A stretch of DNA of 64,000 nt from Convolutriloba macropyga (Eukaryota): assembly GCF_964194025.1 (NCBI RefSeq), contig NW_027453588.1, positions 1 through 64,000 on the forward strand. Direction: 5' to 3'. The position numbers and the translations under genes were made by a program. Below, in pieces: positions 24,901 to 38,640 of the stretch. Within the stretch, counting starts at the first letter, position 1; each line of letters starts with the position of its first letter. Under the pieces are notes generated by a model, which ran no database searches, had not been told where the DNA came from, and saw only the letters and a program-made list of their open reading frames with translations.

Positions 24901-27900
24901 CATAAGCTTTTCTCTGAAAACTTTAACCATGATCCATTGAACAATTTCTCTAAGCCACCGGGAGATATCAGTATCAGGATAATGTAAAATAATTTCAAGA
25001 GGGACCAATTATAAGAAAATATCGAAACTTTTTTTTCTTAATTTTGAAATCTTGTGGCATTGACGTCATGTAACGAATAGTTAGAAAATAGAGCCACTAA
25101 CCAGATTAATTTTGGTTGCAGTAGAAAGGAATGGGGTCCTTTCATTACTATTATTGACATACAGTTCACGAAAACAAATTAAGGACTGGTTAATGTTAAA
25201 AAAATTTCCCGAAAAATCATTAAAATGAAAGTTTTAAGAGACATTAAAATTAATAGCTTTGAACGAAAAATAATAAATACGCTCAGTTATGCCTCAATTG
25301 AAGGACAAAGATATTTTTCTTGCATAAGTAATCAATAAGACATCACAATAAGTCTTATTGCTATGGAAGCAACAACAAATACAGACAAAAACCAAAATTT
25401 CAATAGAAAAGTGCGAGAAGAAAGTGTCGAAGCCAGTTAAAACATACGCTTTCCTCTGAAAAAATCAACCACGATCCATTTGACGTCTTTGCTAAGCCAA
25501 TGAGAGGTATCAGTATCAGGATAATGTTAAAAGAGTTCAAGAGGAAACAATAATATTGAATATCCATTTTTTTTAAAATTATGTACTCTTGTTGCTTTGA
25601 AGCCATATAACTAATAATTAGAAGAGGGAACCGCTAATCAGGTTAATTTTTGCTTCAGTAGAAAGTTAGGAGGTCCTGTCACTACTGAGACTGACTTACA
25701 GCTCACGATAATAAGTTTAGGATCGGTTAATGTTAAAAAAAAATTTCTCGAAATATTTTTTTAAAGTCCTAACAGCCATTAAAATCAATAGCTTTGAACA
25801 GAAGTCCATTAATATGTTCAGTTGTGCCTCGGTTGGAGGCAACGGATAATTGCCGTGCATAGTTAATCAATAAGACATTACAATAGGTCTTATGACTATG
25901 GAAACAACAGCAAACACAGGCAAAAACCAAAAATTCAATAGAAAAGTGCGAGAAAAAAAGTGTCGAAGCCATTTAAACCATAAGCTTTTCTTTGAAAATT
26001 TTAACCATGATCCATTGAACAATTTCTCTAAGCCACTGGGAGATATCAGTATCAGGATAATGTAAAATATTTTCAAGAGGGACCAATAATAAGAAAATAT
26101 CGAAACTTTTTTTTCTTATTTTTGAAATCTTGTGGCATTGAAGTCATATAACGAATAGTTAGAAAATAGAGCCACTAACCAGATTAATTTTGGTTGCAGT
26201 AGAAAGGAAGGGGGTCCTTTCATTACTGAAATTGACATACAGTTCACGAAAAGAAGTTTAGGACTGGTTAATGTTAAAAAAATTTTTCGAAAAATCATTA
26301 AAATGAAAGTTTTAAGAGACATTAAAATTAATGGCTTTGAACGAAAATTAATAAATACGCTCAGTTATGCCTCAATTGGAGGACAAGGATATTTTTCTTG
26401 CATAGGTAATCAATAAGACAGCACAATAAGTCTTATTGCTATGGAAGCAACAACAAATACAGGCTAAAACCAAAATTTGAATAGAAAAGTGCAAGAAGAA
26501 AGTGTCGAAGCCATTTAAAACATACGCTTTCCTCTGAAAAAATCAACCACGATCCACTTGACGTCTTTGCTAAGCCAATAAGAGGTATCAGTATCAGGAT
26601 AATGTGAAAAGTGTTCAAGAGGAAACAATAATATAGAACATCCATTTTTTTTTAAATTGTGAACTCTTGTGGCATTGAAGCCATATAACTAATACTTAGA
26701 AGAAGGAACCGCTAATCAGGTTAATTTTTGCATCAGTAGAAAAGTAGGAGATCCTGTCACTACTGAGACTGACTTACAGCTCACGAAAATGAGTTTAGGA
26801 TCGGTTAATGTTAAAAAAAAATTTCTCGAAATATTTTTTTAAAGTCCTAACAGCCATTAAAATCAATAGCTTTGAACAGAAGTCCATTATTATGTTCAGT
26901 TCTGCCTCGGTAGGAGGAAAAGGATAATTACCGTGCATAGTTAATCAATAAGACATTACAATAGGTCTTATGACTATGGAAACAACAGCAAACACAGGCA
27001 AAAACCAAAAATTCAATAGAAAAGTGCGAGAAAAAAAGTGTCGAAGCCATTTAAACCATAAGCTTTTCTCTGAAAATTTTAACCATGATCCATTGAACAG
27101 TTTCTCTAAACCACTGGGAGATATCAGTATCAGGATAATGTAAAATGTTTTCAAGAGGGACCAATAATAAGAAAATATCGAAACTTTTTTTTCTTAATTT
27201 TGAAATCTTGTGGCATTGAAGTCATATAACGAATAGTTAGAAAACAGAGCCACTAACCAGATTACTTTTGGTTGCAGTAGAAAGGAAGGGGATCTTTTCA
27301 TTACTGAGACTGACTTACAGTTCACGAAAAGAAGTTTAGGGTCGGTTAATGTTAAGAAAAATTCTCGAAAAATCACTTTTAAAGTCTTGACAGCCGTTAG
27401 CTGTCCACTCAAAGCTCTAGATAGGTTCAATTATTGCTCCTTACGAAACTTATTGCACCTATAGTCAAAAAGTCTAGGCAATAGGACTCCAAAAATTTAG
27501 TAAAACCTCAAAATGAAATCAAAAATTCATTTGAAATTACGAAAACTATGAGTCGAAGCCAAAAAAATACACGAGCGATTCCCTGAAAACAATTTTTTTT
27601 GTTCATTGGGCTTCATTAGACTGTAAATCAGGTTTGTCATTAACGGAACCGCGATTTGAGAAGTGACTAGTCTCTAGTGCCGTAAGAAAACAAAAAACAT
27701 ATCAAAAATTTATAAAAAAAAAGAGCTCCAAAAAAAATAATTTTAATTTTTTTGATAGTCAACTTCCCTATGAGACCATAACTAGACTTTTAATCGCCTT
27801 TCGTCTATTAGGGACTCGTAATTGATCGATTTTGTGGCTTGAAATCAAATTTTGAATTAATATTTTTATTTAAAAAGATCTTATTTTGAAGAAAAGTTAC

Positions 27901-28143
27901 ACTAAATGTGACCAAAATCATGCTAATTATCCCGTTTTCGCACAAAACTTCAATCCTCGATAACTCCTCGAAAAACACGAAGTTCAAAAAAATCTTTTGA
28001 ATTTTGAATTCTACGCTGAACGAGCTTTTTAATGATACCACTCACATTTTTCTACGATGAATATATCGATCGGCCAAAATTGACTGAAAAAAAACCCCAT
28101 TTGAGTGTATAGTTCCTCCCCCCCACAAGTGGGGTCGGAACAA
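18988..28143 (-). mobile_element. Non-autonomous Helentron/DINE-1-like element (copy A) with greatly expanded central tandem repeats
   Basis: 5' end (minus) TTGTTCCGACCCCAC..GGGGAGGAACTATAC (subTIR plus partial IR); 3' end subTIR GGTCGGAAC (19024-19032), imperfect palindrome 19005-19020, terminal CTTGTT (18988-18993); both ends homologous to copy B. Confidence 0.7.
20400..27400. repeat. Satellite-like tandem array, 13 units of ~535-590 bp, two unit types forming a ~1077 bp higher-order repeat
   Basis: Anchor GAAAAGTGCGAGAAGAAAGTGTCGAAGCC recurs at about 20459, 21001, 21592, 22126, 22669, 23204, 23738, 24273, 24864, 25405, 25941, 26483, 27018. Confidence 0.95.
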
Positions 28144-30296
28144 TAAGTCACCTAATGTTTGAATTTGATGTCATTTTAAGCACGACCAAGTTAGAGATGA
28201 AAAAGCTTTTCTCGCTCATCAAAGGTAAGAAAACGTAACTTCTGCTATGCATTCAGATGTAGAAAAATTTTCTCCAGGATTAAAACTTAAGGTTTTAATT
28301 ATATTATTCACATATAACTAGCTTGAAAAAATGTGATAGAAGTTTTGAGTTCATTTCGAGCGGATTGATTTTTAAATAGACGTTTGCAGTCAACAAGTAG
28401 CTGTCTGTTCTAAATACTTCCTCTTTGCAACGTGGGCCGACGCAATGCTTGTGAAGTTCGAAGTGATATCCAAAGATTCTTTGTCCCAAAGCAAGCTGAA
28501 ATTCTGTGCAAAACTCTAAAAGACATAAAACGAACTCGAAAACTTCTGTTTTCTTATTTATCATTTCTTGGCTATTTATCTTAGGCAAAAAAGAAAATTT
28601 TCATAAAAATTGGACAAAGTGAAATGGCGCAAAGAACCTCACTTTTTAGATTACTATTCTTTTGTCGTTGTTGGTTGAGTTAAGCATCATTTTTAAACAA
28701 ATTAGGATTTTTATGTTCGCATGCAATATTTCGTTTTTTTTTGTAATATAGTTGCAATATTTCATTAATGCCAACTAATGCGGGACATGGCAATTTTTTT
28801 CAGAGTAGTTTAAGTATCAGGAGCTTTCATGGTTTTGCATTTTCAATTTTTCAGATTTTTAAAAAAAATCACTGAATGTTACCAAATGAACAAGGATAGT
28901 AAAAAGACTTTTGGCCTTTAATCAGTTGAATCTTCAGTTTCGAAGCTAAGTGTGTATAAAATAAAAACTGAAATTTTCTCATGTATGTGCAAAACACCAT
29001 TTTTTACTAAAAAAGAACTTTTTGTTCCGACCCACTTTAGTGGGGAGGAACTGTATACTCAAATGGTCTTTTTTGTTCAGACAATTTTGGCCGATCGATA
29101 TAATCATGGTAGAGAGTTGTGAGTGGTATCTTTATACAGCTCGTCCAGCGTAGAATATGGAATTAAGAGGATTTTTTCAATTTTCGCTTTTTACAGGGAG
29201 TTATCGAGGTTTAAAGTTTTGGGAATATTAGACGTATTTCAGCAGTTTTTATTCACATTTTCGGTATTTTTGACCTAATTTTAGTCAATTTTGCTAGATA
29301 TTGTTCAAATTGTTAGCTGCAGTATTATTAATTTTGTCTCTAAAAATAGAGGAGGATTGCTGAATTGTACGATCTGAGGTCTTTGGCTAGATTTTAGGCT
29401 AAATTTTTCCAAAATCGGCTTTTTTGGGACCAAATTTGCTTTTTTTTAGCCGATTTGCTTTAAATTGTCGGAAACAGATACTTTGAAACTGTGGCGATAT
29501 TCGTTTTGAAGCCGAGAGACGAGTTAGATGTACACCCACTGGCTTTGAGAGTCTTCTGGAGAAATAGTATTGTCTTTTTTGCAAATTTAAACTAAATTAA
29601 TATACAAAATGCATTTTTATTTCAGTCAAACTAAAAAATTTTGTTAAAAATTGATCTATATCGCAACCAATTGAACAAATGAGTATTTTGTAAGACCCGC
29701 AACAACATTTGAATTGATCTTGATCTTGCCACGGATCCTTACAATAAAAAATTTTAGATTTTAATGGGGCGCGACTTTTTTTTCAAAATGTTTCCGAAAT
29801 GCAAAAGTTTCTTTGTAATTTTTTTTACTTACAAGAATTGCAGGCCAACCGAGATTATATTACGGCTTCATAGCTAAGCGCAAGTCTTTTATGGCTCTGA
29901 CCAATTGTTTTCGTAAAATTTTTTTACTGTACTTATTGAGTTTTGCTTTCATTTATTATCTTTTTCGTAGCCCAAGGACTTATTGACCCTAGTCACAGAT
30001 CGGGTTATATTAAAGGAGGTATAAATCAAACTTGACAATTCTTTCAGATGTTATCTAATGCCTTTTATGACTTTGAGAACTTTTGTTTAAAAAAATCGAT
30101 TAATTTTTTGAATTTTGCCATTATTTTATCTTATTTCTCTCAACGTCGGGTGCAGTCTTAGTAAAAACAGACAGAAACCAAACTTCTGTGGGTTATATAT
30201 TAATTTCCGTAACGGTTTCATCTTCAAATAATGGCCTCTTTGTTTTGATACTACGCCTTTTCAACTTTTTTTATATTTTTGAGATAATTTTGTTTC

Positions 30297-31321
30297 TGTT
30301 GGCGCCTCTTCAACTCAGCTACAAAAGCCATCAGATAGCAGGAAATAACGTTTGAAACTGAAAAAACTTAGAATTTGTCAAAACTCAAAAATGTTCAAAA
30401 CTGAAAATTTTTACAAGTTGGGACCGAAAATCTGTACAACCCCCCAATTTTTGGAAGGGAAAACCTGAGCAACCCGAGGTTATGGCACACGGTTAGGGTT
30501 ACCTCTAAGCTACTCATGGAACCAACGAACGTTATTGCATCAAACCCACAAGTGTGGCTATTAGCACTTGTATGGTGCAAAATTGGCATTTTTGATATTT
30601 TGTTATTTATTATTAATTTCTTATTAATTATTTATTATTAATTTACTTATTATTAATTAAGTTGTTTATTTTATGATACTTTAGGTGACCATTAAAGGTC
30701 AAATACCGTTCATTCGAGGCATTTACAGCCACGTAATAACCATCCGTGCTTATGTCATCAAAAGTAAATATTGCAGTAATTTGACATTTACTATGTAAAC
30801 AATGATCTAAATCATTTTCTTGATTAACCAATCAGAAACCAGTAGTGATGATGTTATAAATGACAAACATTTGATAATTTACTCTAACCCAATTGTTTTA
30901 TTACTGAAACCAAATTGTATTTAGAACGATTAGAAACTGTGATACAGAGCAGTTGGCTCTCAGATTGACAAAAATTTGATTCTTTAACAATTTTATTATT
31001 TTTTGCTAAATTTTGCTAGATCTTAACATCTTGCGAGTTTTATGTCAGTTGAGCTTACTTGACGAGAAGTTACCAACAATACTAGCTACTAGCTGAAGCC
31101 TTTTAAACTTCAGCACAAGATTGAACATAGATTATCACTAAGGATTTTCTTAACTTCAATCAACAAAAATTAAAGTTACAGTCCTTTAATACGTCCGAGC
31201 AGCTAATTATTTCTGTGAGATCATTCGACAATCGGATTCAGTGAAGAACCAGGCCGGCGTAAAACTTGACAACCAGGCTGTGATATATCGGTTCCGCTGA
31301 TATTCTTGAGCAGCCGCAACA
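30297..31321 (+). repeat. BEL/Pao 5' LTR (1025 bp)
   Basis: Starts TGTTGGCGCCTCTTC, ends GAGCAGCCGCAACA; direct repeat of 37652-38640, roughly 90% identical by eye, with an extra AT-rich slippage tract at ~30600-30660. Confidence 0.92.
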
Positions 31322-31323
31322 AT

Positions 31324-31340
31324 TGGTCCGCCGACCCGGA
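31324..31340 (+). promoter_or_regulatory. BEL primer binding site (tRNA-Tyr-like)
   Basis: TGGTCCGCCGACCCGGA 2 nt after the LTR, resembling TGGTCCTTCGAGCCGGA (complement of tRNA-Tyr 3' end). Confidence 0.6.
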
Positions 31341-31441
31341 CAAAAACAATAACACGAACAGCAACAAATCTTCGATTCAATTTGGTGGACTAGAACGAAA
31401 TCTTTACGATGGCAGGAAAGAGCCCCGATAGACATTGGAAA

Positions 31442-32403
31442 ATGACTGACTACAAGATGTCAGGCCAACTCAAGAAGCTAGAAAACGAGCAAGATGACTT
31501 TTGACGGACACCTTGCTGATGTGAAAATTCACTTGGCTGAGAAGAAACCAATACCTCTGGAAAATATCAATGTTTCTTCGAGACGTACGATGATCTTAAG
31601 GAAAACAGAAAGCAGCAGAGGCAACACTTGAAGTCAAAGTACTTAGAAAGTTTCAATGGCGACACCGAACAAAAATTGGGCGAAAAGAAGCATACACACA
31701 AATGGTTGGTTGAACAAATACCAAAACTTAGAAAAATAGAAGACTATCACAACTGCGTTTTCAACCCACGAAAACACACCTTGCGGCTCTACACAATGGC
31801 GAAAAAATGTGAATCGTTTTTATAGAGAAGCAAAAAAAGTGGAAGAAGAGTTGGGATCAGAAAATTTAGACCACTCACGCAAGCAAGCTTTGTGCAGTAA
31901 ACTGGAACAAATAGTAACGAAATTAGATTCAAGTCACGCAGCAATTATACAAATTGTGAAATCAGATCTTGCTACGGATTGGTTGAAAAGTTTATGTGAG
32001 ATTAAAATCTATTTTCAAGGCCTACTAAAGCAATATCAGCAAAGCGCAGAGAGTGGAAATCAAACGTCGTTAGTTTCATCAACATCGGCTGGTGATAAAG
32101 ACCCAAAAAAACTGTAATTGATACATGAAATGGAGCGATAGAAAACGCCGAAGGGAACGCGGAGGTCTCTTCCAGGCCTTCTGCTACACACGGAAGCCGA
32201 AAACAACCCAGTATCGCCAACTAGCGATCATCGAGAAGGCGACAGATAGATGAAATGGAGCTCGAAAAACTAAGAGCTAAGAAGGAAACATAGCAGCGAC
32301 TGCGAGAGCGGCAGTTGGAGTTAGAGCAGGAGCGTGAAGAAATATAACTTCGTTGCCAGCAAGAAGAATTACGTTTACAACAACAGTAGAGCGAACAAGA
32401 GTT

Positions 32404-32445
<42 letters not shown>

Positions 32446-35400
32446 GCAACAGGAGTTACGTGTAAAGATTCAACAACAAGAAGACGAACTGCGTCTTCGA
32501 CAGCATGAGCGATCCCTTGAAAACGAAAGAAAGAAAGCAGAGGCCGACGAAGAACAAAGACGTCTGAAACTTGATCAAAGGAAGCTCACGGGCATCCGGA
32601 TCAGTGGCAGATGAGATAGAAAGTGTTGGATCAAGACGCAATCATGAAAGAACAGCCGGATGGGCAGAATTAGTGCTCAACAGTCTGTCCCTAGACGACC
32701 ACTATCTCCAAACGTTGTTATAGACCCTCCAACGAATGTCACACAAGAGAGAGTTCACAAACGTTTCAGCAGCTACCCGAAAACTTCCCCGCCGTTCCAA
32801 CCGGGTGAAGGACTCTTCTCAACGCAACTGACAGAACCGAGCATTCTCAAGAAACCAGAAATCCGTCATCAATTAGAGTAACGGACCCACCAGCGCGGTT
32901 GACAAGGACTACGTTTCAGCAGCAGGGAACGTCAGCAGTTCAAGACAGAAACAGGAGTCAGAGTCCCATTAACAACTCTCGTAACAGGTCTGCCGAGAGC
33001 AGAAACAGGAGCACAATGAATCAAACCACTTCCCAAGTCAATTACCAACCAGTACCAAGCAGTGGTGCCATTGACTTGCCAAAACTAAAACTGACTGGGC
33101 TTTCAGGAGACCCACTGGAATGGCCAGAGTGGTCAGGTCTTTTTGATGTTGTTGTTCATCAAAAATCAATCAGCAATGCGGAAAAGATGCAATAACTGAA
33201 GACCAGTCTAACGGGTTAAGCCAAAGCAGCAATATCGGGAATCGGATCCAGCCCGCAATCATACTATCATGCTCGGGATATACTATGTGAGAACTATGAA
33301 ACTTCAGATGTTATAGTCAACGCGCAATTCAAGAAAATACATACTCATCTTCCAATTCGGCACGACGAGTCTACGAGCATTGTCAAATTGCAAATGTGGT
33401 TACAAATGTGGTGAATATCTTAACTCAAATTGGATACACATCCGACCTAGAATCAGAATGAGGGCTAAGTTCAACAACGAGAAAGCTTTCGCCGCAACTG
33501 AGAGAACAGTGGTTGCAGCATACGCAAGATCTTTGACTACTGAGAGGCAACCTGATCATTTACAAAGAATGGCTTGCCTCCAAAGCATTAACTCAGGAGA
33601 TCTTGTTAGCACAGACAAGCTCGTCGTTTGACGGAAATAGGTTTCAAAGCCGTGATAAACCGAAGACGAGTGCCTTTGCTTCAAACGCTGAAGAGTCAAG
33701 CAAACCCAAAAATTTCTAATGTCCCTTCAAAGATGGCCAACACCCTATTTGGACGTGTGAAAAATTCACGTCACTGAAAGTAAATAATGAAGGACGAGAG
33801 CATGTCCAGAAGTTCCGACTGTGTTTCAATTGTTTGAGACCAGGTCACATGTCGAAGGATTGCAAAGGCAGGGCATGCAGTGTACCCAACAGCGGAAGGT
33901 GACAGAACAAACTGTTGCACAGCGACTTACCGAAGAAGGATACTACAAAGAATGTCTCTGATGCTACAACGGCATCAGCAACTAACATCACCCAAGGAGG
34001 ACTCCCAGTGGTGAGAATCAAGCTGACAAACAGAGACTTAAGCCTAAATGTACTAGCAAGGTGTGATTCAGGCTCCTCCATTTCATTTGTAGACAAGTCA
34101 GTGGAGACTGAACTTCAAATTCAAGGCCGAAAAGCGTCCTTATCAGTAGCAGGGATCCATGGCGCACAAGATGTCAAGATTGAAATAGTGCCAATAGCTG
34201 TTTCAGTGCATGAGAAGACTCAACCTTTGACAACAGTGCAATTCTATGTGCATGAGAAACTGGAGTTGGTTGGCCAAATTGTGGAGCTGCAAGAATTGAA
34301 GGACCGTTACCCAAATCTGAGGAACTTGCCAAATCAGAGCTACAATCTAAACGATGTTCAAGTGATTCTTGAACTAGACTGTTACGACATTCATCACCCT
34401 TATGAATTCAAGAAGTCACAAGACAAATCTAAGCCATGGGCAATGAAATCAAAGATCGGCTGGACCTTAAGTGGTCCGCTACCAGCGAAGCAGGCAGCAA
34501 CTCTTGCCACAACAGCAACATCAATTGCAGATGTTAAACTAGCAAACCAGTCGAGTAAATGGTGGGATATCGAGTCCCACGCTTCAAACTACAATGCCAC
34601 CGGCCATTAAAAAGAGGAACAACGAGCAATCAAAATGTTGGAGCAAACAACACGAGTCAACGGTGAAAGATATGAGGTAGGACATCTGTGGCGAGAGGAC
34701 GAAGTGAAGTTACCGAACATCTTCTACTCAGCAATGGGGCAACTCAAGTTTCTAGAACGGCGCCTGCAGAAAGACGAAACACTAAAAAGTGCTACCAGGA
34801 GACCATCGACACGGATGTCAATGCTCGTTACGTTCCGAAAGTTGACCAAACCGAACTGAATAAAACCAAAAACAAACTGCAGTGGTATTTACCACATCGT
34901 CCTTTCATAAACCAGCATAAACCTGAATAAGTCAGAAGAGTATGCAACGCACGCTGTAAAGTAAAAACGCCCAGTCCTGAACGGCAAATTTCTATCTGGA
35001 CCAGACCTGCTGCAGAGTCTGATCGGAATCATTTTTTGCTTCCGATAACACCCAATAGTTTTATCAGCAGACATAGAAGCGATGTTTCTTCAAATCGCTG
35101 TCACAAAATCGCTGTCCCGAACAAATTATTTTGTGAAAAGATGCAGAGCAGAAAATAGAATCTTACGTGGGCACACGAAACGTTTTTTGGCTAAAAGCTC
35201 GCCAACTTGTGCAAATTACGCTTTGCACCAAGCGACCAAATGTAATGCAGTCAACGACGAAAGTCTCGTCAGAATTCTTCAGCAAAACTTCTACAAGGAC
35301 GAAATCCTAAAGTCAGTCAAAACCCCTCAAGAAGCAGTCGAAATCAAACAGAAAGTCAGAGATATCCTCATTAAAGCTGGTTTCAGTTTGACGAAATGGA

Positions 35401-37703
35401 TAACAAATAACGATGAAGTCAAGTCGCAGATCCCAGAGACAGACAAGTTAACGAAAGTTTTGAAAACTATCGAAGCAGAACCACAATCATCTTCAATCCT
35501 AGGACTCAACTGGAATGTGGATACAGACAGTCTCATTGTCTGTCGTGGAACTTAGCAATAAGTTCCAGCAAAAATAACACAGAGAATTGTCCAATCCTTC
35601 GTCTCAGCAGTGACTCTGATTGATGCTCTGATTTGAGAGAAATAAGGACGATGTCAATTAATCGACTTTGTATCGGAAACGGATGTTCAAACTTGAGACT
35701 ACACATTTTCACAGACGCTTCAGAAGAAGTGATGTGCATCGTCGCATATATGCAAGACTAGGTGACGTTGAAACTCACTTATGTGACAGGAAAAAGTCGT
35801 GTGGCACCCATCAGACACATGACAGTACCAAAGGTAGAACTCCAAGCGGCAGTTTCCGAAGTTTGTCTCAGAAAGCAGATACTCAGCGAACATGATGTCA
35901 GAATTGACAAAGTCTATCATTGGACCGACTTATCAACAGTGCTGCAGTGACTACAAGAAGCGCACAAGAAACAACAAGTGTTCGTTGCGAACAGAGCAGC
36001 GGAAACACTGGAAAACTCATCGAGGGATGAATCGAGACACGTCAAAGGTGTCGAAAACCATGCCGACATCAGAACCATGGCTACAACAGAGCCACGAAAA
36101 CTGGCCAAAGCCGTGGTGCCAAGTGATCGAACTCGAACCCGAGCAAGTTACGAGTACTGTAGCAACAGAAACTAAACTAGACCAACTATTTGGCTGGAGA
36201 CGATACAGTGCCTTCAACCGAATTAGAAACTTCCTTGCCTCATGCAAGAGGTTCAAGACGAAGCAGAGGGGTACCCTCAAAGCAGACAAAAATAATCAAG
36301 CAGAACAAATACTGTTTCGATTTGTTCAAAACGAAAGCTTCCTGAATGTTTCAAAGTCGATAGCAAACAGCAAATAAATCTCCAAAACATTCAACATAGC
36401 CACCCTTCATAGAGGAAGATGGAACCATTAGAGTGAAATGCCGACTGAAGCATTCAAACCTTGACTACAATGGAAAACATCCAATATTGTTAACCGCGAA
36501 ACATCCAGTTGTACAAATTCTGTTGGAGAAAGCACATCGAGACAACCTACATGAGGGCACAGAATACGTGAGAAACTTGCTCCAACAAGAATACTGGATC
36601 ATCGGATTAAGAAATGCATTAGAAAATCAAATCGAGGTGCTTCAAATGGAGACACAGAAATGCCAACCCAATCCACCCACCGATGGCCGACCTACCCCGA
36701 GAATGACTTGATGAACATGTGTTCCCACTCACCCATAACGGAGTCAACTATTTCGGACCCTTTGAAGTGAAGTTACTACGACATACCTTGAAGAGATGGT
36801 GCTGCCTCTTCACTTGCCTGACACCGAGAGCAGTGCACATCGAAGGTGCACAGTCATTGGACACCGAGTCATATCTAGCTGCAGTGAAAAAATTCATTAC
36901 AAGACGTGGCTACCTGAACACCATCATCAGTGACAACGGAATAAACTTTGTTCGAGCAGCCAATGAGCTGAAAGCATTCATGAACGAGTGGAACAAAGCT
37001 AAGATTGAAAGTGAATTAGCACAGAAAAAGATAGTTTGGAAATTTAATCGTCCCGGAGCTCCTCACTTTGGTGGAATCTGGGAAAGACTGGTTCAAAGTT
37101 GCAAGAAGTTCATGATTGCAATCTGGAACAACTGAAGCCTCACTGAAGAGGTACTCAGCACAACGATGTGTCTTGTGGAGCAAACACTCAATGCAAGACA
37201 CCTGACAGCAGTAAGTAACGACGCAAAAGATTTGACAGCACTCACATCTAATCATTTCTTGCTAGGAGGAAAGAGCGCAAGTGCACCATTCAAGCCTTCC
37301 AGGGAGGGCTACAGTGACCTGAAAAAAATCATTCGAAACGGCTCAAGCACATGCCGACATGATCTGGAAAAGATGGACTAGCGAATGTCTTCCACAATGG
37401 AACCAGAGATCGAAGTGGTCAAAAGAACATATGCGAAACCTGAGAGAATGCGAGTTATTATGGCTAGTAGATGACTCTCTGAAGCCCTGTGAGTACAAAC
37501 TGGGACAAATCATTGAGATCTTCACTGGTAACGACGGTGTAGTGCGATCAGCGAGAGTCAAAATGGCACATGGAGAGCTAAACCGGCCAGTCGTGAAGAT
37601 AGCGGCAGTATTCTACGATGGTGTTTCTGAGATCGAAAACAGGGTCGGCGATGTTGGCGCCTCTTCAAATCAGCTAGAAAAGCCATCAGATAGCCAGAAA
37701 TAA
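31442..37703 (+). pseudogene. BEL/Pao gag-pol polyprotein, many stops and frameshifts
   Basis: DUF1759-type LPKLKL..GDPLEWPEWSGLF; knuckles CPFKDGQHPIWTC and CFNCLRPGHMSKDC; protease CDSGSS; RT WYLPH, GPDLLQSL; RNase H HIFTDASE, VPKVELQAA; integrase GVNYFGPF, ISDNG, PHFGGIWERLV; C-terminal DUF5641-like region. Confidence 0.92.
32403..32451 (+). repeat. (CAA)n microsatellite encoding poly-Gln in BEL gag
   Basis: About 13 perfect CAA units within a Q/E/R-rich coiled-coil region. Confidence 0.9.
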
Positions 37704-38640
37704 CGTTTGAAACTGAAAAAACTTAGAATTAGTCAAAACTCAAAAATGGTTAAAACTGAAAATTTTTACAAGTTGGGACCAAAAATCTGTACACACCCTC
37801 CCCGATTTTTGGAAGGGCAAACCTGAGCAACCCGAGGTCATCGCACACGGTTAGGGTTACCTGTAAGCTACTCATGGACCTAATGAACGTTATTGCATCA
37901 GACCCACAAGTGTGGCTATTAGCACTTATATGGTGCAAAATTGGCATTATTTGATATTTTGTTATTTTTTGTTAAATTTCTTAAGTTGTTTATGTTATGA
38001 CACTTTAGATGACCACTAAAGGTCAAATACCTTACATCCGAGGTGTTTACAGCCACATAAAAGCCATCCGTGCTTATGTCAACAAAAGTAAATACTGCAG
38101 TAATTTGACATTTACTATGTAAACAATGACCTAAATCATTATCTTGATTAAACAATCAGAAACCACTAGTGATGATGTTACAAATGACAAATATTTGATT
38201 ACTTACTTTAAACCAGTTGTTTGATTAGTGAAACCGAATTGTATTTAGAACCATTAGAAACTGTTATACAGAGCAGTTGGCTCTGAGATTGACTAAATTT
38301 TGATTCTTTAACAACTTTAGTCTTTTGCTAAGTTTTGTTAGATCTTAAGATCTTGCGAGTTTTAAGTTAGTTGAGCTTATTCACAAGAAGCTGGCAAGTT
38401 AACTAACTTTGGCTGAAGCCTTACAAACTTCAGCACGAGATTTGACATAGATTATCTTTAAAAATTTTCTTAACTTCAATCACGAAAATTAAAGTTGCAG
38501 TCCTTTAATACGTCCCATCGACTAATTATTTCTGCGAGATCATTAGACAATCGGCTCCAGTGAACAACCAGGCCGGCGTATAATTCGAGAACTAGGTTGT
38601 GATGTATCAGTTCCGCTGAGATTCTTGAGCAGCCGCAACA
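37652..38640 (+). repeat. BEL/Pao 3' LTR (989 bp)
   Basis: Same termini as the 5' LTR; preceded by purine-rich GAAAACAGGGTCGGCGA. Confidence 0.92.

Larger units (their letters stand above)
30297..38640 (+). mobile_element. Full-length degraded BEL/Pao LTR retrotransposon (8344 bp)
   Basis: Two ~1 kb LTRs TGTTG...CAACA; near-TSD GTTTC (30292-30296) / GTTTT(C) (38641-); PBS; gag-PR-RT-RH-INT domain order. Confidence 0.95.

Noticed and set aside
20400-27430. CRISPR-like array or repeated small membrane-protein genes (many 60-78 aa ORFs on minus strand)
   Set aside because: Whole ~535 bp units repeat with no unique spacers and no cas genes; ORFs vary in frame and start between units and are by-products of T-rich sequence
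27940-29230. A stand-alone 1.3 kb TIR element
   Set aside because: The inverted repeats are better explained as outward-facing 5' ends of two HINE copies, each with its matching subTIR and palindrome at a distant 3' end
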